Both the position numbers and the translations under genes were made by a program. This document shows, one piece after another, positions 1 to 13,238 of a stretch of DNA of 64,000 bases. The stretch spans positions 310,001 through 374,000 of the forward strand of contig JBEWZL010000077.1 in NCBI GenBank assembly GCA_045837725.1. The letters run 5' to 3'. Positions within the stretch are counted from its first letter, which is position 1, and each line of letters starts with the position of its first letter. The notes under the pieces were generated by a model. That model made no database searches, had not been told where the DNA came from, and saw only the letters and a program-made list of their open reading frames with translations. The DNA is from Vermamoeba vermiformis (Eukaryota).

Positions 1-463
1 AGCGTAAGCTACAACTACTGATAGACACCATCATGAAATATTTATTACTAACTTACCTTTCATCATCATAGCGGAGTGCAAGCCAGTGGAGATTGGTGCT
101 TCGGTGTAGCCCATAGTCTCGCTGGATTTAATTAGGAATTCGCACTCTTCGGGAGTTAACACCTAAACAATACACAATTGATATTAATACATTTAAATTT
201 CTTATCGATAAATATCTAAACGAATTCGTAATTTAAAATCGATATTGAGAATTTTTCATTAACAAAGACCAGCGCTCTTTTAACTTATGATCACGTACAT
301 TGCGTAATATAAATGCTCCTTTAACACCTTCTACGTCTTCTTTTTCAACTGGCTTGGGGTTGGAGCTCCACATAAACTTGCCGAGTGGATTGGAGTCGTG
401 CACCTTCATAGCACGTTCGACTTTAGGGTCAATAATTCTCTTCTTTCTTTCAGCTTGTTCCAT
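1..463 (-). CDS. Prolyl-4-hydroxylase-like 2OG-Fe(II) oxygenase, 5' part (continues beyond window start)
   Basis: Spliced exons read MEQAERKK...GAFILRN|VLTPEECEFLIKSSETMGYTEAP, resembling the N-terminus of P4H-like oxygenases. The catalytic HxD region is not in the window. Confidence 0.6.
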
Positions 464-820
464 TCTGAGTTGTTGTGTTGTTTAGGTTGCGAGATGTTAA
501 AATGAAACTCAACCAAAGTTCGGCTTTTGTGCTGACGCAAGACAGTTTCTACGAATTTCAAGTAACGCCTCGCGTAGTAGAATTGCAATTCTAGCGAACA
601 TATCCTCATTAGTGGCAATTTTGTACCAGTATCATATCAGGCTGTCAACCTACGGCTCGGGTAATTTTCAAATAAACAAATTTCAAACCAAAATAATGTT
701 CCCTATTTTTCTTTGCTGATCGTGCACTAAAGCACAAAATAAGAATCAGTGTTATTTATTAGCAGTGTTAAATTGAATAGTGTTGTTTTGCTCAAGCAAC
801 AGGAGTGACAACGCTAAAAT

Positions 821-3800
821 ATGGATGATCAAGGGCAACGTCTAGATAAAATTGTAGCTCAAAATGGTAACACTCCTATATTAGTTTACAATTAAATTTG
901 ATACAATGTAGTGTTCTTGTGGAGTACACTAGCATAATTGGGCAAATTGAAAAATATTTATTTTATTTTTAATTGAATATCGCATTTATTAAATTAAAAT
1001 ATTACAGAGGAGCTAAAGTTAACAGAGAAAACTCAAAAAGCGATTGCCGAAATTCTTCCGAGCAAAGATCCGCTCGATCAGCCAGACTTCAATTACATAG
1101 ATTATGTGAACACTATTTTTCCAAATGGTACGTCGATTAATAATATCCTGTATTTTATGACGATATTAATTTACATGATAATAGAGAAGTCAGTCGAAAA
1201 TATTGAAAATGAGTTGACGAAACTGCGCCTCAAAGTGAAAAGGTACGAACAGAGGAGCAATAATAATACATATATTATTACAAATGAATATAAATATAAC
1301 ACGTGCACTGCAGAATTGACGAAGATATCCTCTCGTCCGTGTACAAACAAACACGAGCAGGCACGAAGGGCAAGCAAGAGCTCGACAAGGCCAATGTCGC
1401 CGTGCAAGAACTGTTCACTAAAGTCGGTGAGATTAAGCGCAAGGCCTCGGAGAGTGAACAGATGGTCCAAGAGATTTGTCGTGACATTCGCGATCTCGAC
1501 TTTGCCAAGCGCAATTTATCGACAGCTATTGATGCCTTGAGAAAACTGCACGAAGCAGGTCAGTTGCACCACTAAGCAGAGTGCATATGAATGAGACTAA
1601 TCATTGTTATTACGTACAGTGACCTGCTTGGAACAGATTAAGACGATGACGGAGAGGAAACAATACGTTGAAGTGGCCAAGCGGTACTCAGTGAGTGTTA
1701 TGATAATATTGCCTAATAGACGCGTAACTAACTGCATGCAAGACGGTGCAAGAGATCTTGTTGTTCTTCTCGGCATACAAAGACATCCCTAAGATCAAAG
1801 AAATTCAAAAACAAGTTGACGCTGTCACCAGTCAACTGCGCGAGCTGATGTTCTCTGAGTTCAACAAGTACGTTACTGGTAATAATACTGCACCATTGCC
1901 CTATCTAACTTGCGTCACAGCCCTAACTTAAAGCACTTGACACCAAGCGAACAACAACTGATTCTCGACGCGTCATCTGTCGTGTCAGCTCTCGGTCCTG
2001 AAACAAAGAAAGAAGTGCTCAGCAAATTTGCTCAAAAACAAATGGACAATTACTTGCGTGAATTCAAAGAGGGCACTGAGGTACTTCTAAAGCAGACAGA
2101 TTTTTTATTACGGATGCACTGACAAAAGGTTACTTTAGCAAGGAAAACTCGAAAATCTTGAAAAGAGATACACGTGGTTGATGCAACTGTTAAAGCAATT
2201 CTCCGAGCACTACTCCAAAATATTCCCTGCAGCTTGGAAAGTCGACGAATATTTGTGCGAGGAGTTCTGTTTCACAACACGTGACAAAATGTCGGAGATG
2301 TTAGAAAAGAACAAATTCGCCTTGAGCAACAACAAAGAAATGATTCCCGTGTTCACCAAGGCCATCAAAAACACACAGAAATTCGAGCGCGAGTTGATGA
2401 ACATGTTTTCACACACCGTTGAACTGAAGCAGTTTGAAGAGGATGGTCAAAACTTGCAAGACAAGTACGAGAAGTGGAAGCAGAGTCAAGAGAAGGGCGA
2501 GGCAGTGGGCGAGGCACCACAGGCCAAACAGACCACTGAGGCCCTCAAGTTCAAAGGCATTATCTTGTGCGCCTTCACACCTTACTTGTATATTTGGGTG
2601 CAACACCAGGACAGTTTGTTGCAGAGCATGTTCGATCAAGTGCTGGCGGATGAGAAGTGGACTGTCGACGAAGACGAGCGCATCAAAGTGCTCGTGTCGA
2701 GTTCAGACATCTTCTACAACCTCAATCAACTCTACACCAAGTCCTTCAGCAAAGGTCAGTCGCACTTTGACCTCTATCGTCTCTTCAAGAAGTACTTGGA
2801 CATGTACGCGGACAGATTGCGTGACAAGATTCAAGGGTAAGCTGTGCTTAGTTACTTCAAGACTTAAAGACTAATCGACTCAGATTTAACACCGCGACCA
2901 TCAGTGCCGATGAAGAGAAGATCATCTGTTTGGTCCTCAACACTTCTGACTACTGCATCGGATTCACAAAGAAAGTTGAGCAAAACTTCAAAGAGGACAT
3001 TGAAGCAGCGTTCAAAGACAAGGTCGAGTTAGACACCACCGCTGAACGATTCCAAAAGTAAGTCGACTCCGCTACAAGTAAATTCTGGGTGCTGACTAAC
3101 ACCTGCTTGACCAGTCTTATTGGCTTGGCCTCAGCGACACTCGTGAAGGTCATTGGTGACGTCATTGAACCAGCTTTAGAGTCACTCGTCCAAACCAACT
3201 GGGGTATGTCGTGCGTGTGATTGTAATTAGCGAGTGTACTTATCATGCACTACAGAGACCCTGACCTCGGTGGGCGATCAATCAGGCTACATGGACGAAA
3301 TGCAATCGATCATTCAAGAGAAGGCACCTTGGTACCGCAAGTGGATGACCTCAGGCCAACACTTCCAGTTCTGGTGCGACTCATTCGTCGGCGTGTTCAT
3401 TCCCAAGCTGTACGAGTCTATCTTCAAGTGCAGACGAATCAGCGAGATTGGCGCAGAACAACTGCGTGTCGATGTTGCTGCAGCCACCAACTTCTTGGCC
3501 ACAATGCCTGTCTACGGCATGGCACCCACCAATCAGGCCCCAGAACGGTACGTGCTTATTGCCGTCTTCCTCCTTTAATAGCACTAACATTGCATGCGCA
3601 GATATGTCAAGCGTGTCAAGCGTGACATGGGTCGTTTGGACAAGTTGTTGAAGACAGTTATGACACCAGCGGAATTGCTCGTTGACACGTACAAAGCTAT
3701 CGTGCAAGACCACACTGAAATGGACCTCATTAAGATCATGGACATTCAAGGCATCAAGAAGTCAGAGCAAGAGACCTATTTAGATCAATATGGCAGTCCT

Positions 3801-3914
3801 AAGGACTCACCTGGTCGTCTCGAGGTCCGTGCAGCAGCCGCGAGTGAAGACAAGGCCTCAACTATTCGCAAGCTGTTCAGTTTGGACACGTATCGATTAG
3901 ACAGAAATAACTAA
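821..3914 (+). CDS. VPS53: Vacuolar protein sorting-associated protein 53 (GARP/EARP subunit), multi-exon
   Basis: Motifs DPLDQPDFNYIDYVNTIFPN, IKRKASESEQMVQEICRDIRDLDFAKRNLSTAI, SVGDQSGY and KCRRISEIGAEQL are characteristic of Vps53; exons join via GT-AG introns. Confidence 0.95.
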
Positions 3915-4008
3915 GTGGTGCACGTGTTAAATTAATAAATAGCTCATTTTTTTGTTAGTCACTTTCTTGCTCTGATCGTGAAAACAACAACTGCAAGGAA
4001 CTAACATA

Positions 4009-5746
4009 ATGGAAGCGAAGTTACAAAATTTTATTAAATGGATGAAGGACAATGGCTTCAACCTCAATCCAAAGCTTGAGCTTAAAAGGATGCCAGATGA
4101 ACGAGGTCATTCTGCCGTTGCCATTGAAAAAATCAAGGTAATTTTGCCAATTATTTTAAAAATATTACCTAACTCTCAAACGTGTAATTTGACAAATCCA
4201 ATCTGGATCGGATCGCAAAACTAATCTGGATTTATATAGAAAGGAGAAGTCCTTTTTAGAATCACACCAAAAATGGTACTTAGTGTCAGCAATAGTGAAC
4301 TCTATCCCAAGCTATTCAAAAAGATGGGATCACGAATTGAGGTTCTGCTGCCTGAGTGGAACGCACTTATTTTAACTATGATGTGGGAATATACGAATCC
4401 GAAGTCAAAGTAAGGTGCTTATAATCCTTTTCATCTATTATAACGATGACTGCAGGTGGAGACCGTATTTGGATCTGTTACCCGAGGCCTTGGAGACACC
4501 TGTGTTCTGGACTGAAACCGAACTCGAACAGCTTAAAGGAACTTCCATTTACGATAGCATTGGTAGGTGCATATACTTTCCATATTATGGTCTTGCTAAC
4601 TGATGCTCCTAGGCCTGACTGAGATCCGCGGCGATTACGACCGCTTCATCGTGCCCATGATTGAGAAACACAAGCAATTATTCGACCCCAATGTGCACAC
4701 TTTTGAGTTGTACAAACGAATGGGCTCCTTGATCATGGCGTACTCATTCTCTACTGAAGAAGAAGTTGCTATGATGCCAATGGCTGGTACGAGTCACTTG
4801 ATATTCATACGATATTTGCACTCGACTAACGGCACGCGCAGATATGCTGAACCACAGAACTGGCTTCAATAACGCACGTCTGATGGATGATGAGGATGAA
4901 GAAGAAGAAGAAAAGCCAAAGAAGTCCAACAAAAAGAACAAGAAGCAAGAAGAGGAAGGTGTGCTCAAGATGACAGCGATTAAAGTGATCGAAAAAGACG
5001 ATGAAATCTACAACACTTACGGAGATTTGGGCACTGGCGAGTTGTTGCGCAAGTACGGCTTTGTTGAAGAGAACAATCCCTTTGACAGCGTGGACATTGA
5101 GATGCCGCTCATCATTGAAGTCTGCAAGCAATTGAGACCTAACTTGTTCGAAAAGAAACTCACCTTCCTCACGGACATTGAGTTGATTGACGAAGAAGGC
5201 ATTATCATTATTAACAACGAAGAACTCGTGCCCGAACGATTGCGCTACTTGTGCAGTCTGTTCAACAGCACGCAAGAGGAGTTTGAACAGTGGATGAAAG
5301 ACGTGTTGAAAGCGCAAGAAGACAGCACCATGCACGATGATCACGAGCACAAACACGATCACGAGCACACTGAGGACGGTGACTGCTGTGCACAGGATGA
5401 CGAGGACAATGATGAAGACGAAGAGATGAATGACGGCGAGGAAGATGAAGACGAGGACGATGAGATGGAGATGAGTGACGATGAGGACAGTGAGATTGAA
5501 GACGTGCCTATCACGATCGCCGATCAGAAGGGCGTCAATGACTTGATGCTCGAAGTGCTCAAAAAGAGACTCAGCTTATACAGCACTAGCCTCCAAGACG
5601 ACGAGGTCCAACTAACTCAATTGAAAGGAGCAAAGAACAACAACAATTCTTCCTCAGCGAACTCCCGTCTGTATGCTGCCCTCGTTGTGCGTATCTCCGA
5701 AAAGAGACTGTTGAATGCCGCAGTGAATAAAATCAGCTCGAGCTAA
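4009..5746 (+). CDS. SET-domain N-lysine methyltransferase, SETD6/RKM4-like (Rubisco LSMT family)
   Basis: WRPYLDLLP, SLIMAYSF, MMPMADMLNH, IYNTYGDLGTGELLRKYGF, and a C-terminal KRLSLYSTSLQDD segment typical of the LSMT substrate-binding domain. Confidence 0.88.
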
Positions 5747-5919
5747 GAGCGATTTATTCTATGTTTAGAAACCACGTGATTCAACCGCTTATAGGTACTT
5801 CTTCCGAATTTGTTTCGAAAATTATTCAATTTATTATCGTATACTGCAATCCAGCCAACTAACACGGATGCGTACCTAATACTACCGAACGAAGTTCATA
5901 ACACGAACGAAATTCTAAT

Positions 5920-8770
5920 ATGGACGACCTGCATGAAACCTTCTTTAATGCGGTGAATAACAGTAAGTCACCTCAAATAATTTAAATATTTTCATGCTCA
6001 GTACAAATTTTTCCGCGAGTGTAAGGATATCGCATAAAGACTGAAAATAATTATTTCTCTGTGCAGACATTGTGCCTCAACTAGAGTATATTTTAACACA
6101 AAAAGCCCTCAATGTAAACAAAGTTGATGAAAATGGCAAATCCGCTTTACATCTGGCTGCGATGAATGGTAAATAGAAATAAATACTCTCCATAATACTA
6201 ACATCAGTTAGAATATTATGAAATATGTTTTATGATTGCAAAGCACAAAAACACCGAGATCACTCCGGATGCCAAACGAGAAACAGTACTGCACGTTCTA
6301 TCGAGAAGGAAAATGCTTGAAGTCGACAAAAAAGTCATTAAACAGCTTGTGCAGGCTGTAATAAAGCGAGGTAAGCTCATGAATTTTCATTCCATACTTT
6401 TTGTACTGATCCAATTCAGGTGGTGACGTCAATCAAGAAAACAAATCAGGCAGTACGCCATTACACGAGGCAATTGGTCATGATAACCATGTGATGACCA
6501 GGATTTTGTTAAGTAGTGGTGCCAAGCCCCTGGTCGCCAATCAGTAATCACACATCATTTACGACCCCATTTGATTGTACTAACACTGCGCTCAGTAACG
6601 GCGAAACAGCCCTGCATTGTTGCTTTGTGAATTTCAACGAGACTATTGCCGAGATTATTGTCAACAAGTACAGCAGCACCATTGACAAACTCAAATCGAA
6701 GAACAAAGAGTCTAACGAGACAGATACGGCTCTAGTCTGGCTATTAAGATGTAAATTAAATAATGCAATTATGTGCAACAACTCTAATATACTACAGGGA
6801 TAATTCACTTGTCGACCACGACTGAACAAGAGAAGACAATGAACTCCAAAGATCGCGCTATATTCGAGTCTATATTCACCAACGCAATCAAAAAAGGTCG
6901 CGCAGACATTGTAGCTGCGTTGCTGAAGGAGCCGATCAATATCAACACGACTGACTTCGATGGCTGGACTCCCCTCCATCACGCCGCCATGCACGGTATG
7001 GCTCTCTATAACTTCCAAATCAGCTCTCATCCTATGACAGGTCAATTCAAAATTGTCAAGCACATCTTGCAGCACAAAGACGTGCGCATTCTCGTTGATC
7101 GCGATGGCAACACACCGCTCTATTACTTGGTACAAAAGATCCCGCAACAACATGAAGTGTGTCTCTATTGGCAGATACTATCGCTGTTTATGCACCACGG
7201 CCTCGATTTGAACTTTCAGAATGAGAAGGGCGAGACACCGCTGCATGAAGCGGCATTTAGGAACAACTTGCCTGCCACTCAGTACTTCCTCTCGAGCGGT
7301 GCTGACATGAGTCTGCAAACTACGTAAGTCACATCAGATTAGCAAGTCCGCATGGGCTCTAACGGGTTTGTAGCTCGGGTGAGAATGTACTGCACTACGG
7401 AGCACGGTGCACTTCAATTGATGTGCTGAAGGTAAGTGCGCAAGTTAATAAAATGACCGTGCCTGATCACGTTCAGCTGCTACTTCAACGCGCTACTCCA
7501 GACCTACTCGATGTCGAGAGTGTTGATGGCACACCCGAAGCAGTGGCACAGAAGTGTTTCAATCACGAGGCCAAACAAGAGTTCAAACACGTGCGCAATC
7601 AGACACCACTCTTGCTCGTGCCACGCTCGCTGTGGCTGCACTTGTTCACATTCCTCTCTGCGAAGTAAGTAGCTGCGCTGGTTCCGACTTGTTGTACTCA
7701 ACGTCACTTGTTTAGTACTCTAGCTCGCATTGGCCAGGTGTGCACTGCATTCTTGAACTTGAGTCGTGACGACGCATTGTGGAGGACTCTAGTGACCGAG
7801 TACGGCGACAACACGATGCTGAGCACCGTTCACCGCATGCACTGCTTTGACTCGCTGACTGGCTCGGAGTTTGTCAAGTCAGTGCTCGTACGAGACAACA
7901 ATATTCGCAGCTATTATCTCGACAGGACCTTGTTACTAAAATGCACTGCGTATGTGGAGCCTGAAGACCTGCCATCGCCCACTATGTCAAAGGTAAGTTG
8001 GTGATTAAATTCCATTCTTAACTGACCTATGATAGTACGACACACTACGCAAGTCAATGTCAGCCATATTCAACAAAATACTCAAAAAGTCCACCTCGGA
8101 AAGGTACGTGTGCCAATTATTCGTGTACGAATCCAGTCTAACCTAGAGCTGCAGCACACCTCCCAAGCAAGCTAATTCGGAAGAAACACCGCCGCAATCC
8201 CCGCGAGTCAGGCCTCTCAATTCGGTACCACTCAAAGTGCTCGTCGTGGGCTCGCCTTCGCATGTCAAATCAGCACTGACGCGCAGACTGTCGCAGCAAG
8301 AAACACTGTTCGCATCAGTCGTCTCTGATTGGTCCATTGTCATTCTACCAGTCGGCGACGCCTCACAAGAGATCAAGATTGCAGATGTGGATGACAAGCA
8401 GTTCAACAATCTTGCCCGCGAATGTGACGGTGTAGTCGTGCACTGTGACTTTACGCGCGAGGATTGCTTGGACGCACTCGTGAACAACTTGCGCGAGGTC
8501 AAACAGAAGTGCAACAAAGATGTGCGCGTGATTGTGTTCGGTGCTGGTGAAGATCGTGCTCGTGTCGCATCTTTCAATGAGATAGTGGTAAGTGCTGTGA
8601 GGCTATTTAAGGCCTGACTAACACCTGCTCTTCAGCACCAATGTCGTGCAGCCTATCAAGACAGCGTGAGCATTCAAGCGTACCTCGAGAACATCCTGTT
8701 GAACGCCGAACTAGCTCTGCACATGATGATGATGAGCCTTCGTCGCTTTCAAAAGCAAACCAAATTGTAA
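5920..8770 (+). CDS. Ankyrin-repeat + F-box protein with a degenerate C-terminal small-GTPase-like domain
   Basis: Repeated G-x-TPLH-x-A ankyrin motifs (GWTPLHHAAMHG, GETPLHEAAFRNN); F-box-like LLVPRSLWLHLFTFLS...LARIGQVCTAFLNLSRDDALW; C-terminal LKVLVVGS...CDGVVVHCDFT. Confidence 0.75.
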
Positions 8771-8850
8771 TGTAGAACAAATAATCAGCGTGTTGTATAT
8801 AAATGTAGAATAGTTCGTTAATGCTGACGTGTTATTCAAAGTATTTTACA

Positions 8851-9882
8851 TTAGTTAACAGGTGCTGCAACGTCATTATTATTGTTATTAGCAGCATTGT
8901 TGTTGTTATCATTATTGTTATTTACATTAGCTGCTGGTTGTGCTGCTCTTCCTGCGACTTGCGGCTCAACGACGGGACCGTCAATCAAATGTTTTCTATT
9001 GCACTCGTTAGACCATACATCACATACAACTATCGCTACTTACAATATGCCTGGCGTCTTCAACAGTTGTCTGCCACTCGTGCGCGGATAAATATCGACG
9101 AAGAAGTAATAAATGTGACCAACAATGATGCCTAACAAGTCAAATATCGAGCCAGACTAGACACACACATTGTTAGTCCTGCCTAATAGCATCCATATAA
9201 GCTACTTACGGGATCAGCCAAGTATTCAATCAGTAAAATGACCCACGGCAAGTACGGCGCGTTGAAATTAAACAAGCCCAAGAAATTCATGCGCGCGTGT
9301 GGATTGCGTCGCGCCCAAACATAAACGATCATAAATGCGAGACTAGGGCCCAAAAATAATGGGTTCAACGTTGTTTTTGAATAGATTGCCCAGTCAATGA
9401 ACTTGAAATGCAGAATTAGTACGATGAAAACTAGTTGTAAGAATACTTACTAATAACATTGAGCCACCAAATATGTACATAAATAAGAAATCGGCTGCTT
9501 TACCGCGGTAAGAACCTTGTTCTAACGCTTCGCTGTGGCGCACTCTTGAAATTGAAAATTTATTAATTTCAAAAATTTAAAAAAACTCAGAAAATACTTA
9601 CAAGAATACCATATGGAATATAAAGCCAAGGCCGAATTGTCCAAAAAATAGAAAATTGGTAAAAAGTCGCCATATCTTTTTAGAACAAGAATTAGTTCAA
9701 TTCCGTCATCCGAAATTCGCGAGACCTACCTCCATGCGTTGATAAACCAACTGAAAATTTAAATAAATATCCATTAAGCTAATAATGTCAAGATGAACTG
9801 CCAGTGTCGTCAAGCAACACGCGGTCATGTAAGATCGCGTAATGATCGGCAACTGCTTGTACCAAGACTCGACCTGATTCAT
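8851..9882 (-). CDS. Derlin-2-like ERAD protein
   Basis: [59 protein letters not shown]. Confidence 0.93.
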
Positions 9883-10097
9883 CGCAGAAACTTCTCGTGT
9901 ATAGTTTGCTTATTAAAATAATAACTCAAGTGCATAACACGTCACCAAGATGGTTCGGTTTTATCAACTTTATTTTGCCGTCACGTGGTCGCATTTCTAT
10001 TTCTGGACCAGTATTGACTTGTGTTGACTGAGCCAGTAAGCAGATTTTTTTATTGGCCTATCAAGGCGTCTTTTACGAGCGGAACTTAAGCAACAAT

Positions 10098-12879
10098 ATG
10101 AAGCTGTCGTCAGTCGTTCCTTCAGCCAGGCAAGACTTCTTGATGAGAGTGGTGATTCTCTCTCTCATCTACGTCTTGGGTAAGATTTTGGTGCTGTGAT
10201 ATTTATTTAAGCCTGCTTAATAATCTAATGCAATTATTTTACAGCCTTTTCGACTCGTTTGTTCTCAGTATTGAGATTTGAGAGTGTTATTCACGAGGTG
10301 AGTCATCGAAGTAATTTTTCAAAATAATTATTCCTTGCCTTCCACTAACGCAGGTAGCAAAATAATTAATGAAAATGCAAAATATACACTACTGCAACAT
10401 TATTTACAGCTATTACAATGTGTATGGACGCAGATATTAATTGTTAAAATTTTTTCAGTTCGATCCTTATTTCAACTTTCGCTCAACCAAGTACCTCGTA
10501 GAAGAAGGATTTTATAACTTTATCAACTGGTTCGATGAAATTAGCTGGTACCCTCTTGGAAGAATTGTTGGTGGTACTGTCTATCCAGGTAAGATGCGCG
10601 AATCTTTTGATCAACTAGATTTTACTTTCTGGAACATTCAATCGCACAACTTGCCACAAAAAATGCAAATATATTCGTAGCACACGCTGTGTGAGCTTCT
10701 ATAGCGAAATTTAATGCTCATCTCGAGTCACACGTCACCACAACTGCGTACTTACAATTCACTAGGTTTGATGCTTACTGCCGCTGCCGTGTACTGGATC
10801 TTGCACGCCCTCAACTTCACCGTGCAAATTCGTAACGTCTGCGTCTTGTTGGCCCCTTGGTTCGCCTCGAACACCTCGTTGGTGACCTACTTCTTCACCA
10901 AGGAAGTCAGTGACTCACCCAGCGCTGGTTTGATTGGTGCTGCTATGATTGCCATCGTCCCTGGTACGACATTAATTCTTGCAAGTGACTTGTTGGGACA
11001 ATAACTAACTGTGATTTTGACTCGTGTAGGTTACATCTCACGTTCAGTTGCCGGTTCATTCGATAACGAAGGTATTGCCATTTTTGCGTTGATTTTGACC
11101 TTCTACACTTGGGTCAAGTCGGTCAATACTGGTTCGTTGTACTGGTCTGTCATCTGCTCGTTGTCCTACTTCTACATGGTCGGCGCGTGGGGTGGTTACG
11201 TGTTCATCATTAACTTGATTCCTTTGCACGTCTTGGCTCTCTTGGTCACTGGTCGCTACAGCAACAAGCTCTACATTGCTTACTCGACTCTCTACATTGT
11301 TGGTACCATTCTTGCCATGCAGATCCGATTCGTCGGTTTCCAAGTAAGTTTCCCGTTTTTACTACCCTCAATAGAGTATGTAACTAACCTTGATGACTTT
11401 AGGCCGTCCAATCCGCTGAGCACATGTTGGCTTTGGGTACTTTCGGTTTGTTGCAATTGTACGTCGGTATCAACTGGATTCGCGGCCACTTGGGTGCTGA
11501 GTTGTTCCGCACCTTCTTCCGCATGTCATTCGGTGTTGGTCTCGCCTCTTTCTTCACCGCCTTGACCATTGGTCAATTGACTGGTTACATCAGCCCTTGG
11601 ACTGGTCGTTTCTGGACTTTGTTGGATCCCACTTACGCCAAGGAGAACATTCCCATTATTGCTTCCGTCTCTGAACATCAAGTAAGTCTGAATGCTAATT
11701 TTGCTATTTATTGCATATTCTAACCCGGTGCTCAGCCTACTTCATGGTCCTCATTCTTCTTTGACTTGCACTTCTTGGTCTTCATGTTCCCCGCTGGCAT
11801 CTACTTCTGCTTCAAGAAGTTGTCTGACGGCAACATCTTCGCCATTCTCTACGGCATTACTAGCATCTACTTCGCCGGAGTCATGGTCCGTTTGATGCTT
11901 GTCTTGGCCCCCATTGCTTGCGTCTTGTCTGCCATTGCTGTCTCCGAGACCTTGAAGACGTACATGAAGTACCTCAAACCTCGTCCTTCTGACCGCGCTG
12001 GTCCTCCTCAAATCAAGGGTCAATCCGAGATTGGCTACATCATGGTCGGTGGTCTCTCTCTCTTGCTCGTTCTCTACGTCTTCCACTGCACTTGGGTCAC
12101 TTCTGAGGCCTACTCTTCTCCTTCTATCGTCCTTGCCGCTCGTGGTGGCGACGGAGGGTAAGTAAAGCAACACATGAACTAGCAAGAATTATTACTAACA
12201 CCTCTATTTAGCCGAATTATCTTCGACGATTTCCGTGAGGCTTACTGGTGGTTGCGCATGAACACTGCTCCTGACGCCAAGGTGATGTCATGGTGGGATT
12301 ACGGCTATCAGATTTCAGCTATGGCCAATCGTACTATTCTGGTCGATAACAACACCTGGAACAACACGCACATTGCTCTCGTTGGTAAGGCCTTCGCCTC
12401 CGACGAAGACGAGGCTATTGGCATTATGCGCTCATTGGACGTCGACTACGTGTTGGTTATCTTCGGTGGTTTGACTGGTTATGCCTCTGACGATATCAAC
12501 AAGTTCTTGTGGATGGTTCGTATTGGTGGTAGTGTGGATCCCAACCTCAAGGAGAAGGACTACTACACCCCTAAGGGCGAGTTCAGAGTCGACGCTGGTG
12601 GCAGCAAGACTCTCTTGAACTGCTTGATGTACAAGTTGTGCTTCTACAGATTCGGTGAGGTGTACACTGAGCGTGGTAAGTAGCACTCGTGACATTCAGC
12701 CGTGTGACTGGCACTCATCTCCGTTTACTTGTGTAGGTCGTCCCAGCGGTTACGATCGTGTCCGCAATGCTGAGATTGGCAACAAGGCCTTCGACTTGGA
12801 ATACCTCGAGGAAGCCTTCACTTCTCAACACTGGTTGGTCCGTATTTACAAGGTTAAGCCGCCAGCCAACCGTGCTTAA
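10098..12879 (+). CDS. STT3: Oligosaccharyltransferase catalytic subunit STT3
   Basis: [68 protein letters not shown]. Confidence 0.98.
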
Positions 12880-13238
12880 AAAACTGACAATATAATGTTA
12901 AACATGTCATATGCGCGAGAACTAAGTTGGTAGGCACGCATTGCATGTATTAATTTCGTTTATTTTTATCAAAGCAAGTAAAATACTCTTCAAATTAATT
13001 TACCGCGTCACGCAGGATGGATCATGAAAAATTAATATTTTTTAGTTCATTGTACTTGTAAATACCGAGTTACTCCCTCGTGAACACACGTGCCGCTATG
13101 TCCGAAGATCCGTGAAGTCAGAAAATCGAAAAATATTTTGTTTATTTACAATAATCGTTTTTTGCGTGTATTAAGTTAAATATTCATATTCACTACCTTT
13201 TTTTGTTCGCGGCCATTTTTTTATCGTCTCTCGTGATC

